DNA of 64,000 bases from Chara braunii (taxonomy: Eukaryota; Plantae; Charophyceae): positions 4,994,219 through 5,058,218 of the forward strand of contig BFEA01000001.1 of the NCBI GenBank assembly GCA_003427395.1. Reading direction: 5' to 3'. Made by a program: the position numbers and the translations under genes. The notes below the pieces were generated by a model that saw nothing but the letters and a program-made list of their open reading frames with translations, ran no database searches and was not told the DNA's origin. How positions within the stretch are numbered: the first letter of the stretch is position 1; every line of letters begins with the position of its first letter. Positions 38,655 through 49,334 of the stretch are shown here, one piece after another.

Positions 38655-39169
38655 ATCGCCCTTCCACTGGTATTACTGGTCCGATGTCTCATCTGAACCA
38701 GGAACCAGGAACGCTTTTGCAGTTCTCAGTTCTGGGTGGCACGTTTTTTCAGCCCGAAACACTTTGTTGGAATTCGAGTTACAGGCAACACTTTTTTGCA
38801 GCGCGCATCTTTTTTGGGGGGTTGTAAACTCAAACGGCACTTGTCTCGTGTTACTCCTTCCCCCCCCCGCCCCTTTTTTGATGCAACTGGTTCTTATGAT
38901 GCTTGTCAGTGATAAGCAACTGGACAGGTGTCCCCAAGAATGGAAAGGGGTGTCTCTTTTTCTTACAAAAGAAAGAAAAAACAAAAACAAAAGATCAAAG
39001 TATTTTGAGCTTGACAACCGTCAGTCACAGCATTTGATCTTGTTCTTGAGAATTTGATCTTGTTCTTCTTGATTTTGTGCCTTAGGGAGAGATTCCACAG
39101 CTGGGCGGCAACTTCTGGAGAGGCGTTTGAGAAAGTTCTTCCAGACTCCACACAGAAGTGCCATGTGCC

Positions 39170-42100
39170 TTTTTTTTCCTTTCTTTTTAGAGAAAACAGA
39201 GCCTCATGGCCCTGGCTCCATATTCATTCTGGGGAGCGTCAGTCCAGTTCCTATTCCACCGGCAAGTCAAAGATACATCGTGGACACTTCTCCTCTTTAT
39301 GGTAGGAAGACCCGAGCGGACAGCATTGATTCCTATGTGGAAGGATATACCACCCTTCACCCCTTCATAGGCTGGCCGGGAGCCTCGAAATCCGAGTCCT
39401 TCCATTGCCCAGTATCCTGCCTTTGACTGCTAAACCCCAAACCCTAGGGGGTTTGCCATCTGTGGACGGTGGTCCAACGCTAAACAGCGATGGTACCCTG
39501 GGGAACCCCAGGGAGTCAACCACCCGGACTGTCTGCAGATTGATCTTGGTACAGCTAGACAGCTGAGTCGGACAGCCCCCTGGCCTTCTCAGGCCGGCCA
39601 ATACATTGGTGGCCCTGTTCGGTTATGAGCTGGTTTGCTCCAGCCCGACGGGATTGCCCCCCTTTTCGGCTGGCTCTCAGTCTGATGCTATGCTAATGCT
39701 CCGGGCTGTCATCTCGGGCCATTGTGAGCTGGTCTCTTAGAAATGACTCAGGTCTCCTCCTCCTTGTGCTGAACGCCTCCACACGCATCTGAGCAGACTG
39801 CCTTCCAATGTCCCAAGTTTCCTGTCCCCACAGTCTCTTTCTGAAATTTGGCCATGAACTCCCGTCTCTTCTCGGGTTCCAGCCTGATCTGCTTTCTGAA
39901 TTTGTTCCAATCGGTATGGTATTCGGCATCGAGCGCCTGCTTAAGCTCCTCCCAGGCCTTCTCCCGAGGTACTGTTGCAAGTCTGTGGTTTCCTTGCATC
40001 GTCTTTCCCAGACCACCCAAAGTGTCAGAGGGCGCAGCCTTCTGTAGAGCTTCTATGCCCATTTTTTAAGTCCAGCGGGTTGCACGAAGCTGGTGAGAAG
40101 AACCAAAGTGTCCTCGGTTAGCTCCTTGCCGTGGCCCTGTTCTGAAGTTCCCTGGTATATCGCCACAGTTGCTGGGCCTTCGGGCACTGCAACATGCAGT
40201 GAATAATGTCCTTCACCTCTCCCCTATCGCAGTTCGTACAGCAGTCATCGAACCCGTGCTTGTTAGTCTGCACCCTGTGCTTGTTCGGCCACTTGTTGAC
40301 CAGCAGTGCCTGATAGGTGATGACTCTGATGAGCCATTGCATGCTTCTGACCCTCGTGTTGCGGATCGCAAAAACCGCACTCCAAGGTATCTTGGCCAGA
40401 CGCCCCAGGTCCCCAGGCAGGCTCCTCTCCCACCGTTGAACGAGCTTGCTCAGGGTGTTTGCTGATCTTCTTCTCAGCCGGTAACCCAGCCTAGTGGAGT
40501 AGTCAAGAAGGCTGATGCACCGCTCGACCCCTCTCACCGTATGCCCATTCTGCCGGATCGATCTCGAGCTCCTGTCTTGGGGTGCTGGGTTCGAAGATCC
40601 TGTAGTCATCGTCCTCCCCGACCCTCACTCTTCTGAGACGGTCGAGCTTTGCTACTATCTGCGTTCAGCAGCTTTTATTACCCCATTGACTGTTTGGCCC
40701 ACCTGCTCAAATTATTGTACACTCCCGACAGGTCCCACTCCCCCCTGGACCCCACCCTTTTGATGAAGGACAGGGCAACTGAAAGGGGGTCTTCCCAGTC
40801 CCCTGTTGCCCATTCCCCTGCTGTCCAAGTGGATCCCTTTGCGAGGAGTGCAAGCCATTGTGGGGGGATGGACAAAAGGAGGTCATTCAGGTTCTGCTGG
40901 AGGTTATGGCAGCCCTTTAGCACCTCCCACAGTTCTGTGTGAGTTTTCCAGCGTTTGTGTTCTCCATGCTAAATGTGCTTAACCTGCTATACGCCTCACT
41001 GCACCCTTGCAGCCCATCTGCCATCTCGAGTTGTCAGTGACCAGGGCTTTTGGTACCCATCCAGGATTCACTGGTTGTAGAAGAGAGGTGCCTGAGTACC
41101 TCGTCTGTGGTCAAAGGCAGTCTGACCTTCACGGGGAAGATCTCCCACCTTACCCGCAGGAGCTGTTCCCAGTAGTCGCTCTTGGCTGCTCGGCGTTGCC
41201 CCTGCTGTCGCTCCTGGCTTGTATCTATCCCCCTTCTCCCCGCCCTGGACTTGGACATGATCCAAAAGAGGCTGTGCATGTTGTTAGTACGGATAGCTGG
41301 CAGCTGTCTGATTCTGTGTAAACCCAGCGAAGTCTAGGGCAGGTTGCGGTGGGTTAGAAGCTTGTTGATCCACTTCATTTGGAGAGCCTTAGTCTGGATC
41401 TCCAGGTCCAGGATTCCCAATCCTCCTATACCTTTAGATTGGATAATGTACTTCCAGACGACTTTAGTAATGAAGTTTGTGTTTCGTCAGATTGCCTGTC
41501 CACAGGTAGGTTGCACCCCTCCTCCTGAGGGTCTTCCTTCTGTGGGTTTTAGGGTCCGCACTGTGGCAGTGTACCTGGCACCAATCGAAGCATTCAGTAC
41601 CAGGGCTCTGCCAAAGACTGATGTGTAAATTCTGGACCACGCATTCAGTTTGATGATCATCTTGGCTAGGATTTCCGGGGCCATCGCTTGGTCCGGGCCG
41701 TTGTCTGTTAGCTTGATGCCCAGAAATCGTAGTCGAGTTCATTTGCCCTGCCATGCTAACCCTTCTACAGTGATGGCCTGCAGGGCCACCGCCGTGTCTG
41801 AGAGCCACCACCCCATCATCTTATGCCAGTTGATTTTCATTTCTGACGCCAGGTGGAAGGCCTGCATTGCTTGAGTCAAGGCCTGGAATGATGAGTCCGA
41901 GGCTCTAATGAGGGATATGAGGTCGTCCAGAAACAAGAGCATCATTGGTAGGGACACTCCATGCCCCTCCGGGGCTGGATCGGCCACAAGTCTCTCGATT
42001 GATGGGTCCTTTCGTAGGAAGGTGCGATGGCCTCCATTATAAATAGAAAAGCGAGGCTGCCAGGGGGTCCCCCTGACGGACTGACCTCGACATTGTGTAT

Positions 42101-43620
42101 GGTGCAGATAAGAAGTAGTTACCTGCACTTGCCTGTGGGCGTGATTATATAGGAGCCTTACCCAATGCCAGAAGTTGGGTCCGGCCCCCATGCGTTCCAT
42201 GCATTGCTGCTGGAAGTTCCAGTTGACCTGGTCGTAAGCCTTCTCAAAATTGAAGAACAGTATGGCTGCATCCTTTCTCTCATCGTTTATATATCTGACC
42301 ACCTCTGTCAGCGTCATCACGTTGTCCAAGATGAACCTCCCCGAAATGAATCTGGTTTGATCGATATGGAAGCAGCGGTTCGTAACTGATCTGAGTCTGT
42401 TGGCCAGAAGTTTGGCGAGTATTTTGTATACAATCATAAGCAGTGTGATCGGTCTGTAGTTCTTGATGTCCTGTGGGTCCCCTTTCTTGTACAAGTAACA
42501 AACCCGGTGCTTATATATTTCCCAAGTCCTTGTTCCTTTTTGCAAGTGTCGAGGAACTGCATGTACTCATTCTCGAACACCGGCTAGAAGGTCTGCCAAA
42601 ACTCTTTTGACAGGCCGTCCCTTCCCGACGTTTTGCCGGGTTGCAGGGAATGCAAGGCCTCCGGTGTTATTTGACCTATCCAGGTTGTCTTCTTGTTCCC
42701 TGGTGAGCATCTTGTCCAAGTAGGACAGGAACTTTTGCCTTTTCTCCTGTACCAGCGTTGGCTCGTGCTCGGTCCCCGTAGAGGTATACAGCTTTCTGTA
42801 GAAGTCTGCTGTGGCTGGTAGCCCATGTTATTAGCTTAGCTGATCTATGAGCTTGTTCTCGAGTTAGTTTTGACCCTCTAATTTTTTTTTTAAAAACATT
42901 TTCTCCCTTTTTCCAGTTCCTGGCCCTGAGTCTTATTCCCTCGGTCTGCCACCTCTGCCATTCCGCCAGCCTGTGTCTTGCCCCCACTCAGGGTGTCTTC
43001 GTAGCTTTGATCACCCGGGTGCAGTGTGAGATTCCTTTCTGCCACTGTGAGTCTGTGAGGGCCACTTCAAGGTCCCGCTTCCTTGTTGCGCATTGTGCAG
43101 CCAGCATGCGTGACGCCTATGAAGTCGCCCTGGACTGCAGGAAGGTTGTGGTCCTGGTTCCATGCGTCGTGCATGTCTCCAAGATTGCGTCTTTCATAAT
43201 TTGAGTGTCCAGCAACGAGTTATTTATTTTAAAGAAGTCGGGCCCTCGTTTTGGTGCGCCTCTAGGACCAGTCTGAGGAAGATGAACTTGTGGTCCAAAT
43301 CGGGGAAGTATGGAAGCTGGTTGATTCCCACTGCTTGCACCGCCCCTACAAGACTCTCAGATATAACGAAGTAATTGATTCCTTACGGCTGAGATGTGCT
43401 GATGCCTATTGCGCTTCAGATAAGTGAAGGCCTTAGCCGTTGGCTGTAGCATCCTGCACGGATCGAGGAGCTGGTGTTCAGTCATGGCATTGTGGATCAG
43501 AATTGCTTCCTCTAGCGCTGCTCCCTGCGTGCCTGTGGTTCTGTCGCATGCCTATAAGGCAAAGATGAGAACCAAGTACCGACCCAAAGAGATAGAGCAA
43601 AGATAGCACAGAGGAAGACT
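39170..43620 (-). mobile_element. LINE-D: 5'-truncated decayed L1/Tx1-like LINE related to LINE-E
   Basis: T-rich tail 39170-39188; RT ORF 41739-42545 (YKKGDPQDIKNYRPITLL, FEKAYD, LFLDDL); zf CTNC...HCMLQC in 40118-40609; truncated within APE domain. Confidence 0.93.
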
Positions 43621-44009
43621 GATATACCACAATCTGACTCAAATGACCCAGACTGACTGCAACACACTCATCATCATCAAACAGGGTGCGAGGGGTCCTG
43701 GTGCTCTGATACACAGATGAAGGGCACCAGGCCAGCAAACATCCACAGATGAAGAGGAGTGGGGGGAAGAGATGAAGGAGGAGGGGGAATGGGGATGTTG
43801 TCAACTCAAATGTCACTCATGAAGTCGCCAAAATAGTCTCCCCATTGTCGCTGTCCAATGTTGGTCTGTGGTCTAATGTCACCCAATCTCAACTCTCAAC
43901 TCTCTCTCTCTCGTATACCCAAAAGAATGTGAAGAGCTCCGGAAGGGAAACGAGGAGGAGTGATGCAGGACAGGAGGAAGCAAGCAGCAGCAGCAGCAGC
44001 AGCAGAAGA

Positions 44010-44080
<71 letters not shown>

Positions 44081-44134
44081 NNNNNNNNNNNNNNNNNNNT
44101 CTAGGTCTAGCGTAGTCTATAGGTAGGTTAGGCC

Positions 44135-44172
44135 CTGTCTCTTATACACATCTAGATGTGTATAAGAGACAG
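44135..44172. other. Complete 38-bp Nextera mate-pair junction adapter, assembly artefact
   Basis: CTGTCTCTTATACACATCT plus AGATGTGTATAAGAGACAG. Confidence 0.99.
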
Positions 44173-45440
44173 GTGTGTGTGTGTGTGTCTATCTATCTAT
44201 CTCTCGTGTAACCAGGTACTGACCTGCAGAAAGGTGGCGCCTGGATGAAGGTATGGATGTGTTGAAGACGAAGCTGGGAGCTATGGCGTCGCAGGTCAGT
44301 CGGCAGGTAAGTCCCCTGGCATCCGCCTCATCCTCCTCTAACCCTGCTGTAGTGCGCTGCAGCCCAAGCTCAAAGCTGATGTCGTCAACATGAAGAGCGC
44401 CCGACACTGAAGTCTACCACTACTGCGCCCAGCGCCTTGACTATTCTACCTCCAACTCTGCGTGCCTAGAATGAGGCCGGCCCAACTATATATAATGCTG
44501 GGCCTACTGCGCTAGGCCAAAGGAACTGGCGCCCAAATTGGATCTGAAAGTGTGGTACTGGCGCCCAAACTGGATGACTGGCGGCCACACTGAGTCTGAA
44601 AAATGTGGTAACCGGCTCCAAAGCTGAAGCTGAAAGTGTGGTGCTGGCACCCAAACTGAGCCTGACAGTGTGGTACTGGATCTGGCCAAAGAAACAGCTA
44701 CTGGGCATGTATCGGTCCCTCCTCTAGTGGCGGATACGCTTGGACAGAAGGAAAGTCACTGAACCAAACTGGACAGGGACCAAGGCCGACCAGGAAAAGA
44801 ATCAGAACCACCGCTGAGGCCCATGAGGAACCAATGAACCCCCTGATATCCTAGCCAACCCCCTTACCTACTACCGGGCCCATGGGGCCTGTGTGGTGCA
44901 TGCCACACACCTGCTTCCTTGAAAGACCGAGCCTATCTGCGAGGGTGAAACTGTCTGTCAGAGGGAGGGACCGAAGTCCGGGTGGAACGGGCAGGTTGTG
45001 AAGCCTCCTTTGCTAGTCGCCGCTTCTCGTAGTTGGCGTAGATATGCGGTGTGGAAGCGTGGAAGTCTGCTCGCAAAATCTAACACATAGTCGCGATCAC
45101 ATTGCTTGAAGTTGACCATGTACTGCATTGGCTTGTTGCCGTACTTGCGATGCGTGATGATCCGATCAATCTCCTGATGACCATCCATAGCGGGAGGGCC
45201 CTGCGATCGCTGGCCTGGGAAGTCGTCGCTCTTGGCTGACGTGTAAGTGGCCAGCTTAGAGGGGCACAACGGTCCATGGTCCAAACCACTTGGGGAGAAG
45301 TTTGCGAGAGACATCTTGTTCAAGTGCGAACTCCTCGGAGGAAGCCCATACCAGGTCACCGGTGTGGATAGGACATGGCACGCTGTCACACTTTTTCCCA
45401 GTCAGGCCATCTCTGGCTACCGGAAAGACAACAGGCTGCC
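44173..45440 (-). mobile_element. Ty3/gypsy (chromovirus-type) 3' fragment: integrase C-terminus, chromodomain, 3' region
   Basis: GDLVWASSEEFALEQDVSRKLLPKWFGPW (GPF/Y module) and QEIDRIITHRKYGNKPMQYMVNFKQ (chromodomain); short tandem repeats at 44520-44690. Confidence 0.85.
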
Positions 45441-47820
45441 ACTCAATATTTTGATGATTTTTGCAATAAATAAATAAATAATTAAAGCAAATCCCTTCCT
45501 GTTGAGTGCGTCCGGCGTCGAGCGAGACCCGTCAATTGCGGCTTACGCCGATCCTCGGTCTTATGAACCTTCAATTAATTTGGTTTGGAGCAACAATGAT
45601 TATGTAAGCAATAAAATCAAAATTAAATACATCTTATGCATATCATGATTGCCAATTAAGGAATTTGAGAACTGTGACAGTATCAACAAAGAACATAACA
45701 TCGAGTAAAGCCAATGAGGACAAGACAAGACCGACTGACTCACATGATGAATGAGGGAAGGTGAGAGCTCGAAAAAATCTCAAGAGTACAAGGTGAATGA
45801 CATGATCAGCGCTATAAGTATCAACTCTCACTCCTCCCTCTCAGTCTCATCCCCGATCTCAATCTCTCTAAGTGTCTAATATCATGCCTCTGTATTTCTT
45901 GAGATGGTGGCCTAGGAATGAATTGCCACCTGAGACAACCCGGAATCTGAGAAAGGTCAGTCAAAAGCAAGGATCTTAGTATCTGTCCATAGAAAGTACT
46001 CCTATGTTGAAGGAATATTTGGCCTTGAGAAGATCCCTCTCCTTAGTTTAATGGACCCTGATGGCTCAGTCAATGCCTCAATGTCAATCTCAATTGGAGA
46101 GATATTCCTCTTTGCCAAGTCCACGAGGTCTCCCCAGTAAGAACCATTACATTTGTTGAATGGGATAAGATGCCTCAGATAATCTACGTACTGCTTAGGA
46201 CCGAAGCTGTAGATGAACTTTTCCTTCTCAGTCGTTGGCTGCTCGTTCATCAAGATAAGTTGTTGCTGCTGAGTCAAAGCATACATGAGCCTCCTTTCCT
46301 TTCTTGATGTAGGGTCTCATATCATACAGTGATGTCTGAATGAATTGTGTGAGAACAACATAAATGGAGAGATCCTCTTCTCCGAAACCAGTGACACTGA
46401 CATAGATGTAGGGCACAACTTCTTTCAAAGCAATCAGGTTGGTCAAGATTGACCCATAGACCGGAAATGATTGAACTGTGCTCATGAGAATAACAATCAC
46501 TGCTGATTCTTGATGATGTCTCTCGCTTGTTTGACTGTCTCAAATGATGTGGTTGTGCTGATTGTTTCACCTGTCTGACCCTGATAATACACTGTGTGCT
46601 CGATTATGGATTGTCTTCTGATAGTGCTGAGTGCTCTCTTTCTTATCCCACTTTTGAATGAAGCAATCTAGTTTGTGTCAGTTTCTTCACACTTGTCCAC
46701 TCTCTTTTGCTGTGTGTTGCATGTCATCCACATAACATTTTTCTTTCTTATCTCTACTTTCTCTTTTACTGAGTACCCAATTAACCATAGGATGGAATAT
46801 ATTGGTCTCAACAGTTCCCTGACTCTTTCTTTGCTAATTTCTTGAGCTGAAGTGCCTGGACTAAGCTTAAGAGATGATTGCTAGAGTTACTCAGTGTTGA
46901 TCACTGACGATCTTTCTGGCCCGATCGACATTCTCAATGGATGAAGAAGTGTTGTGCAATTTCTAGTCCTATCCGTGAAAATAGATGACATAATGAACTA
47001 TTGTTCTTTCACTAACTCAAGTGCTCTTTCTCTCATTATTTCACATAGAACATGATGTCCTCGACGACTTTGCCTTCCCACCCTTCCACTTTATCTCGGT
47101 AGAGGGTGCAGGGCATCACAAGGGTGTCCTTGTTGTACACGATTTCTCTTTCACACTTTGTTTGCAAATAATCTTTTATTTGATTGACTGAGAAAAAAGT
47201 ATAAATCCTATTTGTCTCGCAGTTTCGTGACACGATTGAAGATGTTGCTCGAGTCAAGAGGTTCGTTACCAATGATTAATACTTAGATTTTCTGCAAGGT
47301 CTTGCTTTTTGGTTTCAGAAATCTGTTGCTATGCCTGTCAACAAACAGCCTGCTGCTAAGCTTTTCAACTGAAACCCGTTTCTAGGCCCTTAGCTAGAGG
47401 TTTCATGGATTGCACAGATAAGTTATTCCTATTATGCTTAAAGTGGTCTCGTCTTTGTAGTGAATCTCATTGTTCCAACTCACTAACCAGATAAATCATC
47501 TGCGCATTATACGAAAATCACTTCGTGTGGTTTTGAATGTTTGAAGGATGTAGTGAAAAACTGATTGACTGATGTCGTAAATACGAATGCTCTGCACTAT
47601 AACTTATTGCTCTTTGTTCCTCTCTGTATATAACATAAGCAACAACCAGTCACAGTTCCTGCTCGTATACAACACAAGGTATGGTTGGTAACAAGGCCAA
47701 ATCTTACACAACACTGGGTACTTATCAATTTTAATTCCCTCCCGTACACAGTATAGGCAGCTATTAGGAACTGCTCTTACTTGCATATAACACATATTAT
47801 GTCCAAATACAGCGCAGGAC

Positions 47821-48172
47821 GACACTAGTCATAGCCCCTACTCATATACTGCACAGGGCAACACTAGTCACAACCCGTGTTCATATATTGTGCAAGGCAA
47901 TACTAGTTGCAACTCCTGTTCATGTACAGTGCAAGGCAACACTAGTCGCAACCCCTGCTCTCATACAGTGTAGGGCACTGCTTAAGACAATCCCCAGTCA
48001 AATACCTCGTAGGGTACTACTCATGGCATCCCCAATTAAGAAAATTGCTCAGAGTACCACTCACGACGAATGTCGTTCAGATAGTGTGCGGGGTACCACT
48101 TGCGGTAAGCACTGTTCAAATAGTGCACAGGGCGCCTCCTACGGAAATCCCCAGTCGCATAACGCACATAGT
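47821..48172 (+). repeat. Nine diverged 39-bp tandem units (13-aa coding repeat, pseudogenised)
   Basis: Units at 47821, 47860, 47899, 47938 and onward translate DTSHSPYSYTAQG, NTSHNPCSYIVQG, NTSCNSCSCTVQG, NTSRNPCSHTV*G ... TTCGKHCSNSAQG. Confidence 0.85.
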
Positions 48173-48553
48173 TATCCGAATAAAGAGAAAATCGCTAAGT
48201 GCAATAAGGAAAATGAAAAATAATAATTAAACTCTTCAATTGAATAATCAAATGGAGGAGACTTGTTGTGGAGAACCATGCACTGGTTTACTTTATCTTA
48301 AATGGATTGCCAAAGAACCTCGAGGTCACAGAAGCACTTTGGGATTTAATTACCTCTCAAAGATCTATCGCACGATTTGTTTGGCTCGCCAATCTCGGGG
48401 ATCATTCATAAATTACCTCAGGTCGAGGTTTTGGTTCACTAGAGAAAATTTATTAGCATAATTTTCTCAAATTAACAAGATACTTGAGGGAAACGTGTAA
48501 GAAGTTGATTAAGATTTCACATCACTAATGGCATCAGCATACATACCCTTTTT

Positions 48554-49334
48554 CAGGGTTGTAGAGGCCCGGCCCCGGGGCCCCGGCGGGGGTGCGGGGG
48601 TCCGGGGGTGGGCACCCCTGACCGCGGCTCCAGACCCCCCCCCTCCCAACAAAAATATAAATAAATAAATACAGGGGGGTGCGCAGCGGCAGCCTGCACC
48701 CGCTGGCCCGAACTGCAAAAATGCAGTTTTGGCCCCACCTCGGGCCCCCCCTGGGGCTACACCCACCCCTGGTGAGCCCGGGGTGGCCCTGGGCGCGGGG
48801 CCGGGGGCGGGGCTGAGCGGGGTGCGGGGCCGGGAATGGNNNNNNNNNNNNNNNNNNNNNNNNNNNNNNNNNNNNNNNNNNNNNNNNNNNNNNNNNNNNN
48901 NNNNNNNNNNNNNNNNNNNNNNNNNNNNNNNNNNNNNNNNNNNNNNNNNNNNNNNNNNNNNNNNNNNNNNNNNNNNNNNNNNNNNNNNNNNNNNNNNNNN
49001 NNNNNNNNNNNNNNNNNNNNNNNNNNNNNNNNNNNNNNNNNNNNNNNNNNNNNNNNNNNNNNNNNNNNNNNNNNNNNNNNNNNNNNNNNNNNNNNNNNNN
49101 NNNNNNNNNNNNNNNNNNNNNNNNNNNNNNNNNNNNNNNNNNNNNNNNNNNNNNNNNNNNNNNNNNNNNNNNNNNNNNNNNNNNNNNNNNNNNNNNNNNN
49201 NNNNNNNNNNNNNNNNNNNNNNNNNNNNGGGGGTGATTTGGAGGGGCCGGGGGTCGGGGATCCCCGCGGCGGGGCTGCGGGGGTGAAACCCCCACCCCGG
49301 CTTGGGCCCCGGGGATCCCCGCGTGACAACACTG
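48554..49334. mobile_element. GC-rich hAT MITE spanning an N gap
   Basis: TIR CAGGGTTGT / ACAACACTG; perfect 8-bp TSD CCCTTTTT at 48546-48553 and 49335-49342. Confidence 0.92.

Noticed and set aside
44135-44172. Genuine Tn5/IS50 insertion or horizontal transfer
   Set aside because: Synthetic mosaic ends in library-adapter arrangement with no transposase.
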